A stretch of 64,000 bases of DNA from Mustelus asterias (Eukaryota). Both the position numbers and the translations under genes were made by a program. Location: the NCBI RefSeq assembly GCF_964213995.1, contig NC_135818.1:69316001-69380000 (forward strand). Reading direction: 5' to 3'. This document shows positions 1-12,714 of the stretch, one piece after another. Below the pieces are notes generated by a model that did no database searches, was not told where the DNA came from, and was given only the letters and a program-made list of their open reading frames with translations. Numbering within the stretch: the first letter of the stretch is position 1; each line of letters starts with the position of its first letter.

Positions 1-29
1 CAACCAGAGTTGCTTCCCTGTTCCCATCA

Positions 30-360
30 GGGGCGGCACGGTGGCACAATGGTTAGCACTGCTGCCTCACAGCGCCAGGGACCCGGGTTCAATTCCGGCC
101 TCGGATAACTGTCTGTGTGGAGTTTGCACACATTCTCCCCGTGTCTGCGTGGGTTTCCTTCGGGTGCTCCGGTTTCCTCCCAGAGTCCAAAGATGTGCAG
201 GTTAGGTGGATTGGCCAGGCTAAATTGACCCGAGTGTCAGGGGGATTAGCAGGGTAAATATGTTACGGGAATAGGGCCTGGGTGTGATTGTGGTCAGTGC
301 AGACTCGATGGGCCGAATGGCCTCTTTCTGCACTGTGGGGATTCCATGGATTCTATGATC
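30..360 (+). mobile_element. HE1-type V-SINE with CR1-derived tail, 'type A' (other copies ~980-1297 -, 3677-3912/5558-5640 +, 6285-6597 -, 16866-17205 +, 29270-29605 +, 34010-34320 +, 47738-48058 +, 48737-49033 -, 58350-58643 -, 61085-61420 +)
   Basis: tRNA-like A/B boxes (tggcaca.tggttagc / gggttcaattcc); V-domain (gtgtggagtttgcac..tctccccgtgtctgcgtgggtttcc); tail gactcgatgggccgaatggcct shared with the CR1 at 51920-51945. Confidence 0.9.
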
Positions 361-2754
361 ACCCCAACCACATTCAGAAAAACTAGTTTCCTTTCCCGAC
401 ATAATTTCGAATCAGATTGTATTCCGATTGGGTGCACGCTAATTTTAATATTCAGCGCATGTTTTACTTCCCACCAACTCAAAGAAAAAGATAACAGCAG
501 AGATACAGCTTTGTCCGATCCATAGTTTTTCAAACCTAAAGCAATGCACCTCAAAAAAAAACAATTCAGCTTTGCTCATTTAATGGCTCTGTAGCAAGCC
601 TGTGCTCCCACGGATTGCTGGCTGTCCATTGCAAATCCCTGGTAGCTTTAACAGCTGTCATGAATATGCATTCATCTCATCTGTTTTTTAGGTTAAAGGG
701 CCCCCTGCTGAACGATTTCTCAGTACCTGGTGAGCTCCTGCTCGGAACGTCAAAATGTATCAGTTTGCCCTCTATCATCATAAGGATGTTTGTCCATCTT
801 TTGCATTCTGCTCGAGTTGAGGCTATAGCAGACTGATTTGTCATTGACAGAATCCTTTAAATATAATAGCATTCATCACAGTTTAAAGTGCCTGTGCTTT
901 TGCTAGGTTCTGGGTTGTATGAAGAAATCTGTCATAATTGTGTTACCCCGTATCAGGATACCTCAAAGGCAGATAATGTTCATAGAATCCCTACGGAGCA
1001 GAGAGAGTCCACTGGGCCCATCGAGCCTGCACCGACAACAATCCCACCCAGGCCCTATCCCCGCAATCCCATGTATTTACCCTGCTAATCCCCCCCCCCG
1101 ACACCAAGGGACAATTTAACATGGCCGATTAACCTAACCCGCACATCTTTGGACTGTGGGAGGAAACCGGAGCACCCGGAGGAAACCCACACAGACACGG
1201 GCAGAACATTCAAACTCCACACACAGGCAATGACCCGAGGCTGGAATTGAACCCGGGTCCCTGGCGCTGTGAGGGAGCAGTGCTAACCCACTGTGCAGGC
1301 CCGTGGACTGGAGCTATTTCGTCCTGGCCCTTTTCCCCACCGCCATTCTCAAAAACGTCACTAGTTGGAATTCAGTTAATCGGTACCAGGTATTGAAAGT
1401 CTTTAAGTACCCAGAAAGCTAATACAGTCTTCAAAAGAAAACCTAAGAAAAACTACATTGGGACTTCAGGTGTAACGATTGCCCCATCATGCATTTTTCT
1501 GGAGGCAAATATAACAGCAGCCCACACATCCCAATACTCAACTTAAAAACAAAACAAGTGACTTGACACCCTAACTCTAAAGTGTTCAATAAAATGAACT
1601 GCAAAGTTTAGAACATTTTACGGGATTGAAAATGCTCCAGAGAAAAGACCTTGAGACACTTTACCGCCATGTTAAAGGTACTGGTGGTTGATTGGACCCA
1701 GATTGACAGTAGCTTTGGGTAAATTTGAGCAATACTGATGAAGTTCAAGTTATTTCCCATTTCATGGATTCTTACGCAAAGCGTGCAGCTCCAGTATTTA
1801 GTGGCACAATAGTCAGTATCGCTGCCTCACAGCGCCAGGGACCCGGGTTCGATTCCCGGCTTGGGTCATTGTCTGTGCGGAGTCTGCATGTTCTCCCCGT
1901 GTCTGCGTGGGTGTTTGCTCCAGGTGCTCTGGTTTCCTCCCACAGTCCGAAAGATATGCTGGTTAGGTGCATTGGCTATGCTAAATTCTCCCTCAGTGTA
2001 GCCAAACAGGCCCCGGAATGTAGCAATTAGGGGATTTTCACAGTAACTTCATTGCAGTGTTAATGTAAGCCTACTTGTGACACTAATAAATAAACTTTAA
2101 TAAAGCTTGAAGGCTACACACTTGGATAAGGCAACCCATCATCAGACTGCACAGTATACTAAAGATCTGCATCCCTAGAGCTTGGGTGTTGACCCACTCT
2201 GTTTCCCAATTTTGAATCCAATCTTGACAATGAGACTCTACATAACTAGGACCATGGGGCTCCGACACATATGGGACTAAGAAAGAGGTTCTGCCGAGGG
2301 AGTACGAGCAGTTGGGTATCAAGTTAAAAAGTAGAACTATAAAAAGTTAATAATTTCTGGATGACTACCCGAGCCATGAGCAAATGAGATTAGACAGCTA
2401 GATGGATCGCCCAAAGATTGGTGGGGGAGAAAGAGGTTTCGAATCATGGACACTGGCATTAGTACTGGGGAAAGAGGGAGCTAAACCGCTGTGACCGGCT
2501 ACACCTGAACCATTCTGGGACCAGTGTACTGGTCAATTGCATAACTAAAGTTTTAAAGTTTACTTATTAGTGTCATAAGTAGGCTTACATTAACACTGCA
2601 ATGAAGTTACTGTGAAAATACTGTGAGAATGGGCAGACTCCACACAGACAATGACCCAAACCGGGAATTGAACTTAGGTCCCTGGCGCTATGAAGCTAAC
2701 CATTATGCCACCATGTTACCCATGTCCAAAGGATGACTAAAGAATAATAAAAAT

Positions 2755-5700
2755 GGAGAGACCGTAAGATATAAGAGCAGAACAAGGCCATTTGGCCCTT
2801 TGAGAGATTGGCGTATGAAAAAAAGCTAGCAAGAAATGTAAAATCAGACAGCAAGTTAAAGCTTCTGCAAGTATATAAAAAGGAAGGGAGTAGCTAAAGT
2901 AAGTTTTGGTCCCTTAGAGGGTGACAGAAACAAGGAAATGGCAGAGACTTTCAACAAGTATTTTATATCCCAGTGGAAGATGCAGAAAGCATTCCAAGAA
3001 TAGTAGAAAATCAAGAATCAAAAGAGACAGAGGAACTTGAACAATCACCATCACTGGATAAAAAGTACTAAGAAAACTGATAAGTCCCTTGGTCTTGATG
3101 GCCTTCATTATAGCATCTTAAAAGAAGTGGTTGCAAAGATAGTGGATTCACTCCCAAAATGCCCTAGATTCTAGAAAAATCCCGGGAAATTGGAGGGAGA
3201 CAGAAAGCAGGAAACTAAAAGGCCAGTTAGTCTAACATCTATCTTTGGGGAGGCAACAGCAGGATATTTACAAAATCGTAATACAATCAGGGATTTTGTG
3301 AAAGGGAAATGGTGTTTGACATAAATAAAAGCAAATTACTGCGGGTGCTGGATGCTTTGACAAAGGGTCATCTGGACTCAAAACGTCAGCTCTTTTCTCT
3401 CCTTACAGATGCTGCCAGACCTGTTGAGATTTTCCAGCATTTTCTCTTATGGTGTTTGACATATTTATTAGAGTTATTAGAGCAGGGTGTATAAAGTAGA
3501 ACCAGTGTATTTGGATTTCTAAAAGGCATTCAATAAAGTGCCAATAAAAGATTGCTGCACAGGATAAAAGTTCATAATGTTGGGGCAATATATTAACATA
3601 GATAGAGGATTGACTAACAAACAGGAAAAATGTGTCAGGATAAATGTGTCATTTTCAGGTGGGCAAACTATAACCGGACAGCACAGTGACACGGTGGTTA
3701 GCGCTGATGACTCACAGCGCTAGGGTCCCGGGTTCGAATCCCGACTTGGGTCACTGTGTGGAGTTTGCATAGTCTTCACGTGTCTGTGTGGGTTTCCTCT
3801 GGGTGGTCCAGTTTTCTTCCACAATCCAAAAAATGTGCGGGTTAGGTGGATTGGTCATGCTAAATTGACCCTTAGTGTCAGGGGGGGCTAGCTAGTGTAA
3901 ATGCATGGTGTTATAGAACATAGAACATTACAGTGCAGTACAGGCCCTTCAGCCCTCGATGTTGCGCCGACCTGTGACACCAATCTAAAGCCCATCTAAC
4001 CTACACTATTCCAATATCATCCATATGTTTATCCAATGGCCATTTAAATGCCCTTAATGTTGGCGAGTCCACTACTGCTGCAGGCAGGGCATTCCACGCC
4101 CTTACTACTCTCTGAGTAAAGAGCTTACCTCTGACATCTGTCCTATATCTATCACCCCTCAATTTAAAGCTATGTCCCCTTGTGCTAGCCATCACCATCC
4201 AAGGAAAAAGGCTCTCACTGTCCACCCTATCTAATCCTCTGATCATCTTGTATGCCTCTATTAAGTCACCTCTTAACCTTCTTCTCTCTAACGAAAACAG
4301 CCTCAAGTTCCTCAGCCTTTCCTCATAAGACCTTCCCACCATACCAGGCAACATCCTGGCAAATCTCCTCTGCAACCTTTCTAATGCTTCCACATCCCTC
4401 CTATAATGCGGCAACCAGAACTATACGCAATACTCCAAGTGCGGCCGCACCAGAGTTTTGTACAGCTGCAACATGACCTCATGGCTCCGAAACTCAATCC
4501 CTCTACCAATAAAAGCTAACACACCGTACACCTTCTTAACAACCCTATCAACGTGGGTGCCAACTTTCAGGGATCAATGCCCATGGACACCGAGATCTCT
4601 CTGCTCATCCACACTACCAAGTATCTTACCATTAGCCCAGTACTCTATAATTCTGTTACTCCTTCCAAAGTGAATCACCTCACACTTCTCCGCATTAAAC
4701 TCCATTTGCCACCTCTCAGCCCAGCTCTGCAGCTTATCTATGTCCCTCTGCAACATCCTTCCGCACTGTCCACAACTCCACCGACTTTACTGTCGTCCGC
4801 AAATTTACTAATCCATCCTTCTACGCCCTCATCCAGGTCATTTATAAAAACAACAAACAGCAGTGGCCCCAAAACAGATCCTTGTGGTATGCCACTAGTA
4901 ACTGTACTCCAGGATGAACATTTCCCATCAACCACCACACTCTGTCTTCTTACAGCTAGCCAATTTCTGATCCAAACCACTCAATCCCATGCGTCCGTAT
5001 TTTCTGCAATAGTTTACCGTGGGGAACCTTGTCAAACGCTTTACTGAAATCCATATATACCATATCAACTGCTTTACCCTCATCCACCTCTTTGGTCACC
5101 TTCTCAAAGAACTCAATAAGGTTTGTGAGGCACGACCTACCCTTTACAAAACCGTGTTGACTATCCCTAATCAAATTATTCCTTTCTAGATGATTATAAA
5201 TCCTATCTCTTATAATCCTTTCCAAAACTTTGCCCACAACAGAAGTAAGGCTCACTGGTCTATAATTACCAGGGTTGTCTCTACTCCCCTTCTTGAACAA
5301 GGGGACAACATTTGCTATCCTCCAATCTTCTGGCACTATTCCTGTGGACTTTAACCTGGTGTTGTGAGACTTCTTGCTATTCCTGTAGTCAATGACGACA
5401 TAAAGATCAAAGCGAAAGGCTCTGCAATCTCCTCCCTAGCCTCCCAGAGAATCCTAGGATAAATCCCATCCGGCCCAGGCGACTTATCTATTTTCAAACT
5501 TTCCAGAATTGCTAACACCTCCTCCTTATGAACCTCAATCCCGTCTAGTCCAATAGCCTGGGGATAGGGTCTGGATGGGATTGTGGTCGGTGCAGACTCG
5601 ATGGGCCGAATGGCCTTCTTCTGCACTGTAGGGATTCTATAACCAGTGGATTGCCATAAATTATAATTGCTTAGTATAAGACATTGGTGTGGATCCTGCT

Positions 5701-6830
5701 AACACTCAGTCTGGATGACTTTGATGGAGTGACATACTGTATTACAGCCAAATTTACTGATAACACAAAGATAGGTAGGAAAACAAGCTGCAAGCAGGAC
5801 ACAAATAATCTGTACAGGAATATATATAAGTTAAGTAAGTTAGCATAATGTGAGACCACTTTGGCAGGAAGAGTAGAAAAGCACCATAATATTTAAATTA
5901 AGAGATACTGCATAATGATGCAATACAGAAGGATCTGGGTACCCTTTGCATATAAAACACAAACGGTTAGCATGCAGGTCCAACCAGTCATCAGGAAGGC
6001 AAATGGAATGTTGTCCTTATTTGGAATATAAAAGTAGGGAAGTCTTGTTTCAGTTGTACAGGCCATTGGCGAGACCACACCTATAGGTACTGTGCATAGT
6101 TTTGGTCACCTTACTTAAGGAGGGATATACTTGCATTGGAAGCAGTTGAGAGGTTCATGAGGCTAATTCCTGGGATAAAAGGTTGTCTTATCAGGCAAGG
6201 TTGAACAAGTTGAGCAGGTTGGGCTTATACTCATCGGGGTTTATAAGAAGTGACCTAATTGAAACAAGATTCTGAGGTGGCTTAATAGAATCATAGAAAC
6301 CCTATGGTGCAGAAGGAGGCCAATTGGCCCAGCAAGTCAGCACTGACTCTGACAGAGCATCTTATCCAGGCCCTATCCCCGTAACCCCACATATTCATCC
6401 CACTAATGCCCCTAACTTACAGATCTTTAATCAATCTAACATGCACCTCTTTGGACTGTGGGAGGAAACCGGAGCACCCGGAGGAAATCCACGGAGGCAC
6501 AAGGGAGATGTGCAAACTCCACACAGTCAGTCACCCAAGACCAGAAGTGAACCTGGGTCTCTGGCGCTGTGAAGCAGCAGTGCTGTACGACCGTGCACTT
6601 TAGATGCTGGGAAGATGTTCCTTCCTGCAAGTGAATCTAGAACTAGAGGGGCACAGTTTCAAAATAAGGCATCCCATTCAAGAAGGGGATGATGAGGAAT
6701 TTCTTTAGCCTTTGGAATTCTCTTCCACAGAGCATAGTGGCTGGGTCCTTGCATCAAATCAAGGAATTCTATGATTTTAAGGCTGTGTTAGACAGATTGC
6801 TGGTTTACAGGGGGGCGGGGGGCAGAGTGA
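2755..6830 (+). mobile_element. Older degraded CR1 scaffold split by PLE, V-SINE and younger CR1 insertions
   Basis: Collinear degenerate RT/3' segments at ~2810-3675, 5640-6290 and 6600-6830. Confidence 0.7.
3913..5557 (-). mobile_element. CR1 LINE, 5'-truncated, frameshifted RT
   Basis: Overlapping ORFs 4001-5626 with [32 protein letters not shown] and FADD; (TTCTATG)n tail near 3913-3927. Confidence 0.93.
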
Positions 6831-6839
6831 GTTTTTTTA

Positions 6840-7345
6840 AAAACTTTTTTTACTCCATCTTTAAAGCTACAAAGCCAACGCTCAGAACGGACCAGGTAAA
6901 CCCAAATCCCTGCTTGCTCCAAAAAACAATTCATGGTTCCCACAAGAGAAATAAACAAGATCCAAGCTGACAAGATAAGGCACTGCACCCCTTCTTGGGC
7001 TGGACCTGAACCAAAAGAAGCTTAAGGCCACAAGCAGCAACCTTATCAAAATGACCCCACTCCTAGCAGATTAAACAAGAGGCCATTTCCAGAGATCATT
7101 TTGACCCCTCAACCAAATCCACAGCAAAACAAGGACCAACTCAAAAAAAAGGGTCCAAGATAATAATACTCCATGCTTGGGCCACAATGGAGATTCCTGC
7201 CCCTAGTCTTGTCAACAGCATCCTCAAGGCTCCCTATCAACAGTAACTGTGAAAGAAGAGTTCTTACTCCTCGGCTGCCGTCTCTGCAAACTGCTCCTTG
7301 AAGCCAGCCCTACAACCTCGTGCGGTCAGAGACCCAGAGCCACTT
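6840..7345 (-). mobile_element. Unclassified A-tailed retroposon sharing a 3' core with the U2-headed element
   Basis: Minus strand 7010-6927 aligns by eye with 54657-54748; ends GGAGTAAAAAAA. The 5' boundary is uncertain. Confidence 0.55.
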
Positions 7346-7768
7346 TCTCCATTCTTAAACTTTCACCAGAAAGCAAGTCTCCCCTTTTCCAGCACAGTGC
7401 ATTGGCAATGCTTTTGCAAAAAAAAACAAAAAGACCAAGGGGAAGGGTGGTGGAAATAAAGTATTCTGTTTTTTAAAAAAAATTTAAACCTACAGATCTC
7501 ATCTTCCAAGATTGTGCCCTTTTATCCAATTGCTGGAGATTAGGGACTGAACAAAGTGATGGTGACTGTGCAGCACAGATCAATGCTCATGTCTCTCTCT
7601 CTCTCCCCCTTCCTCTAGCTGGTGAAGCGGGCTTTGCACATGAGTTTCTGCTGCCTTACATCAGCGTTTTATTTCCTGCTCCCTCACAGCCCAGCCACAA
7701 TCCCATTCATCCACCCCCTTCCACCCTAAAACAAAAAGAAAAGATGTGGGGGTGGTCCTCAGCCTTAC

Positions 7769-7863
7769 CTGCAAAGGTCCGCGAAGGCCTGGAAATTCAG
7801 CTTTTTGATCTTCTTCTCGCTCAGCCAGTATCCGACACGTTTGCCTTTCAGCCAAGTCTGCAT
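7769..7863 (-). CDS. ITPK1: Inositol-tetrakisphosphate 1-kinase, first coding exon (MQTWLKGKRVGYWLSEKKIKKLNFQAFADLCR); later exons not found in the window
   Basis: Hand translation of the minus strand from ATG 7863 nearly matches the recalled human ITPK1 N-terminus (MQTFLKGKRVGYWLSEKKIKKLNFQAFAELCR). 95 nt end at an AG|GTAAGG donor; acceptor tttgcag| lies just before 7927. Synteny with LYSET/GON7/UBR7. Confidence 0.95.
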
Positions 7864-8119
7864 CTTGAAGACCAGAACAAGTGCGGAAGTGAAGTCTACA
7901 CCGTGTCTCTGCCGTAGGTTGGCGAACCTGCAAATCAATGGTTAACCTTTTATATAGAGAGAGGGGAAGACACAGCCCCGGCTAACACAGCTCACATTTC
8001 CATGCACAGGGGATAAATGCCAAAAGAAATCGCAATGGCCATGCAGAAATAAATGACAATTAAGGGAGATTTTGGGTTTTAAAAAGGGGGGGAAAAAAGT
8101 GTAAAAGGACCTCGATCAA

Positions 8120-8600
8120 TGCTGAGTGCCCGGCTCATCACAAATCTCTCTCTCTCTCTCTTGCCCTGCTTATTCGCGCCCGGGGCTTTGGATCAGGCTC
8201 CGCTGTCTCTGTAATCGCCTCCTCTTGAGTGGAGCGAGTCCCCGGCTCCCACACTCAGTCTCCAGCCCCCCTCCTGGGGCTACTCTCAAACACAGCCCGG
8301 CCACATACACACACACACACAGAGAGAGCTACAGCCAGCGGCCGCCTCCAGCCCGGTTCCTCCTCCCCCTCTCAAAGAGAAAGCTCATTGAAATCGCACA
8401 CAGCCCGGCTTCGCATTATAAATAAATAGCGGCGGCTGCGGCTCGGGCAAGACAGGGGTCGCTCCCGAGCCGTTCCCCAACATGGTCATTCCTCTCCAAC
8501 ACACACTCTCTCTCTCAATCCTTAAAGATATCCTGCCCTTCCCCGGGAAAAAAAAATCCCAAACCCACCATTGATACATCCGACCGCAATTTACACACCA
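8120..8600 (-). promoter_or_regulatory. ITPK1: Probable ITPK1 promoter / non-coding exon 1 (CpG-rich)
   Basis: CpG-rich, TE-free stretch just upstream of the first coding exon, with a TATA-like TATTTATAA on the minus strand near 8415-8428. Exon 1 donor not determined. Confidence 0.6.
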
Positions 8601-9449
8601 CTTTCTTCTACCCTCTAAACAAGTCTGGCTTGTTCATAAATTAAAATCCTCCTTCTTTTAGATTGTGCACTCTAAATTCGTGATCAATATTTTTGGGGGA
8701 GAGGTGTTTGGGGGGAGGGGGTGAAGCAGGGTGCTGCTGTTCCTAGGTTTTTATTTTATTAGTGTCACAGTTAGGCTTACATTAACATTGCAATGAGGTT
8801 TACTGTGAAAAATCCCCTAGTCGCCACACTCCCACGCCTGTTCAGGTACACCGAGGGAGAATTTTTATGATGTGGAGATGGTACACAGGTGGTACACCGA
8901 GGGAGAATTTTTATGATGTGGAGGTGGTACACTGAGGGAGAATTTTTAAGCGTGGTTACTGTACCTAACCAGCACTTCTTTCAGACTGTGGGAGGAAACC
9001 AGAGCACCCCGAGGAAACTCATGCAGACACAGGGAGAACATGCAGACTCTGCATAGACAGTGACCCAAGCCGGGAATCAAAACCGTGTTCCTGGTGCTGT
9101 GAGGCAGCAGTGCTAACCTCTGTGCCACCATACAACTGGTACCCATCCCATTTATGTGATCCCAATTGTATTCTTTTGAAAACAAGAATTAACCTTGCAG
9201 TAAGTAATGTCCTTTCTGCAATGTTACATTCTGCACCCACTCCTTTCCTTCTCTATATACGGTACGCTTTGTCTGTATAGTGCGCAAGAAATAATACTTT
9301 TCACTGTATACTAATATATGGGACAATAATAAATCAAGTCAAGTCTCCCCAGTGGATCATTGATTTTAATCACCTTATGACACTGAACTTGGTGAACATT
9401 TGTCGTTTGTACCTCTACTCGTGTTTGGAGTGCCTCTCCAGAGATAGCA

Positions 9450-9573
9450 GCTGGAATTTTACCAGCTCACCCACCCCAAAATCGGGGCAAGCAAGGCTCG
9501 CAGAAGAGCATTCTCTGTTGACCTCAGGCGGGATCTTACAAGTCTCTGGTGGGCGAGGTGGTAAAATTCCAGC
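9450..9573. mobile_element. Small MITE-like element
   Basis: 14-bp terminal inverted repeats GCTGGAATTTTACC / GGTAAAATTCCAGC. Confidence 0.55.
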
Positions 9574-10891
9574 AAGCACGTTTTTTCCTAAATGATGTGT
9601 TTTTTAAAATTTGATTTATGCGCTTTATAGGCAAAGCATACCATTCATAAAGTACCTGGGGGAAAAGGAAAAGGATCGGGTGCAGAATATAGTGTTGCAG
9701 TTACAAGTAGGGTGAAGAAAAGGATCAGCTTAATATATGATATTAAGTTTATTTGGTGTCCTCAAGGGTGTCCAAAACACATCTCAGCCATTGAATTTCT
9801 TTTGAGGTAATTTTTAAAAAATCCCTTGTCATATTTATTCATGTGGCTGTCATCGTACTCAATAATTATAAGTTACATTGGAACAAGCGCATCTCATCTC
9901 TCACATACAATATTTTATGGACATAGCTACAAGTTAAAGCGCCAGTCATTTAAAACTGAGGTCCGTAGAAATTTCTTCTTGCAGGGGGTGGTGAATCTCT
10001 GGAATTCTCTGCCCCAAAGAGGCTAGATCATTCAAAGTATTTCAAAGTGGAGGTGGATAAACATTTGATAGTTCGAGGATTGGGGAAATGGCACAGAAAA
10101 GGAGTTAAGGCCGGCATAGATCAGCCATCCTCGTATTGAATGGCAGGGCAAGCTTGAAGGGCAGGTAGCCTACTCCAGCTTCTATTTCTTATGTTCTTGT
10201 TACGTGCTCCAATTGTTGTCACGTCAAATGAAAATAAAATGCTGCAAATGCCTAGCAGGTCTAAGGACATTAGTGGAGAGAATTAGCCAGCTAAACATTT
10301 CATTTGCAGGACAGTTTTGACAAGGGACTACACCCAAAGCATGAACTTATCTGCTGGATGCGGGGACTCGGGTCCTCGCGAATTATGGAGGAGCCTGAGA
10401 CATGAAAATTTATCTTGAAAGTCAAGCTGTTGGAGCGCAGAGTGTCAATGGAGTTTTCACAGAGAGGGATGTGGCACTTCCTGTAGGTATAATGGTTGAT
10501 TTTCAGATAAGCTGCAATGTGGTGTGGAGGTTGAAGAAAGTGAAAGGGAAGTTGAGGTTCAAAGTGACCCAGGCATGGGCTAGGGATTTGAGTGGCAGGG
10601 TGGAATGAGGGCATGTGCTTTGGGGGGGGATGCATTATGCCATGTTTCTTCACCACCTGACATCTAATATGGTTAAAATAATCCTCCTACTGTTACCTGT
10701 TATGAAGTTGCTTACATCTTTTTTATACTTCTGATCAACCTCAGGAACATGTACCTTGTATCTTTGCTTTTCACCTCAGATTTCTGACATTGCTCCAACA
10801 TTAACATTATAATTAGTTGAGGACAGTCGTATGAGTACATGAATTGCATTCCTGAAATGGACACCCTCCAGTGCATGCTTTAATATCTTTG

Positions 10892-11156
10892 GCTCAGTAA
10901 GAAGTCTCACAACACCAGGTTAAAGTCCAACAGATTTGTTTGGTATCACAAGCTTTTGGAACACTGCTCCTTCATCAGGTGAGTGGAGAGGTGGGTTCAC
11001 AAACATGGCATATATAGACACAGACTCAATTGCAAGATAATGGTTGGAATGTGAGTCTTTACAGGTAATCAAGTCTCTACAGGTACAGACAATGTGAATG
11101 AAGAAAGGGATAATCACAGGTACCCACCTTAGTCCAAGTCTGGCATCTCCACATCA
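10892..11156. mobile_element. PLE family 1 terminal fragment
   Basis: Same terminal sequence; 13-bp TSD TTTAATATCTTTG at 10879-10891 and 11157-11169. Confidence 0.8.
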
Positions 11157-11174
11157 TTTAATATCTTTGTAACA

Positions 11175-11965
11175 GATTCAGTTAATATTTGTGCCACACA
11201 AGTGCCAGGAAAGGACCATTTCCAACAAGAGAGAATCTAATCATCACCCCTTGACATTCAATGGCATTCCCATTGCTGTATCCCCCATGACCAACATTCT
11301 GGTGGCTAACATTGACCAGAAACTTAACTGGACTGTCCGAATAAATACTATGGCTACAAGAGTAGGTCAAAGGCTGGGGATCCTGCTGTGAGTAACTCAC
11401 TTCCTGACTCCCCAAAATCCTCTCCACAATTTATAAGAGACAAGTCAGGAATGTGAAGGAATACTCTTCTTGCCTGGATGAGTGCAGCTCCAACAACACT
11501 CAAGAATCTTGACACCATCCAGGGCAAAGCAGCCCACTTGACTGGCACCTCATCCATAAACATTCACTCTCTCCACTACTGCCACACAGTGGCAGCAATA
11601 TGTGCCATCTACAAGATGCACTGCAGGATCTCACCAAGGTTCTTAGGCAGCACCTTCCAAACCCATGACGACTACCACCTAGAAGGATAAGGGGAGCGGA
11701 TACACGGGAACACCACCACCTGGAAGTTCCCCTCCAAACCACTCACTATCCTGACTTCAAAAAAATATTGCCATTCCTTCACTGTCACTGGTTCAAAGTC
11801 TGGGAACTCCCTTCCTAACAGCACTGTGGATGTACCCACAGTACATGGACTGCAGCAGTTCAAGAAGGCAGCTTACCACCACATCCTCAAGGACAATTAA
11901 GGATGGGCAATAAATGCTGGGCTAGCCAGTGAAGCCCACATCCCACGAATGAATTTTAAAAAAGC
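11175..11965 (+). mobile_element. CR1-group (L2/Crack-like) LINE 3' part
   Basis: RT C-terminal-like text (NILVANIDQKLNW...GQRLGIL; KNLDTIQGKAA); tail ggatgggcaataaatgctgg...cccacatccca.gaatgaat. A minus-strand copy lies at ~21990-22205. Confidence 0.7.
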
Positions 11966-12714
11966 ATAATTTCAAAAGGTTGGTACTGAGGAAGAATAAT
12001 TTAGTGAGGATTATATGTCAGATTACAGAGGGATCCTCTCCTAATTTACATGACCTATTGCGCTCATCAAAGAACATCAATGTCATTGTCCTAGTTTTGG
12101 CATTCAAAGTCAACACAGAAAATTCCCAGGTTTTGGTATAATCTGAATGCAGAGGCAAATGTGATCTATATTGCTCCAGTAATATACTTTAGCTTCAATT
12201 ACAGAACAACTCACACTATTTCAGAATCATAGAAATTGCAACCCAGAGATAGTCACTCAATTTATCATATTTCTTTAACTTGAGCTAATACCACATTAAC
12301 TGAGTTTGCACTTTTACAGTTCTGCATAAGTTATCTTTATGGTCTTTCTGAGTCAGACTGTTAAATTGTGCTAAATTACATGTAATTGTGTGTTATAGAC
12401 CAAATCAAATAAAAAGGAAACACATTTCTCCAAGTGTAGCTAGTTCATACACGTGTCATTATTTCAGTGGTTTAAGAAGAGGCCTAGCACAGGTAGATTG
12501 AAAAAGATGATTGCAGGATATATCAGTAACAGAGCAATGGGGGAAATTCCAGGAAGAGATAATTAACTAAGCGTGTTCATTTCAAGAGAAAAGGTAAAGA
12601 AAGCATCCTGAGCAAATGCACCCTGGCTGACAAGTGATGACAAGTTAAAATGAAACAGAGAAAGGTGGGCTTATGACAAATGTCAGGAGCAAGATTCAAT
12701 TAATATTCAGGAAG

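Noticed and set aside
30-110. tRNA genes at SINE heads
   Set aside because: A/B boxes continue directly into the V-domain; these are multi-copy SINE heads, not cloverleaf tRNA genes.
1725-2030. Recurrent ORFs with GPGFDSRLGSLSV..LHVLPVSAWVS or RKPEHPEETHADTGR text
   Set aside because: Translations of V-SINE copies, not a protein family.
1-7768. ITPK1 25-nt exon 3
   Set aside because: No convincing match with splice sites; presumably left of the window.
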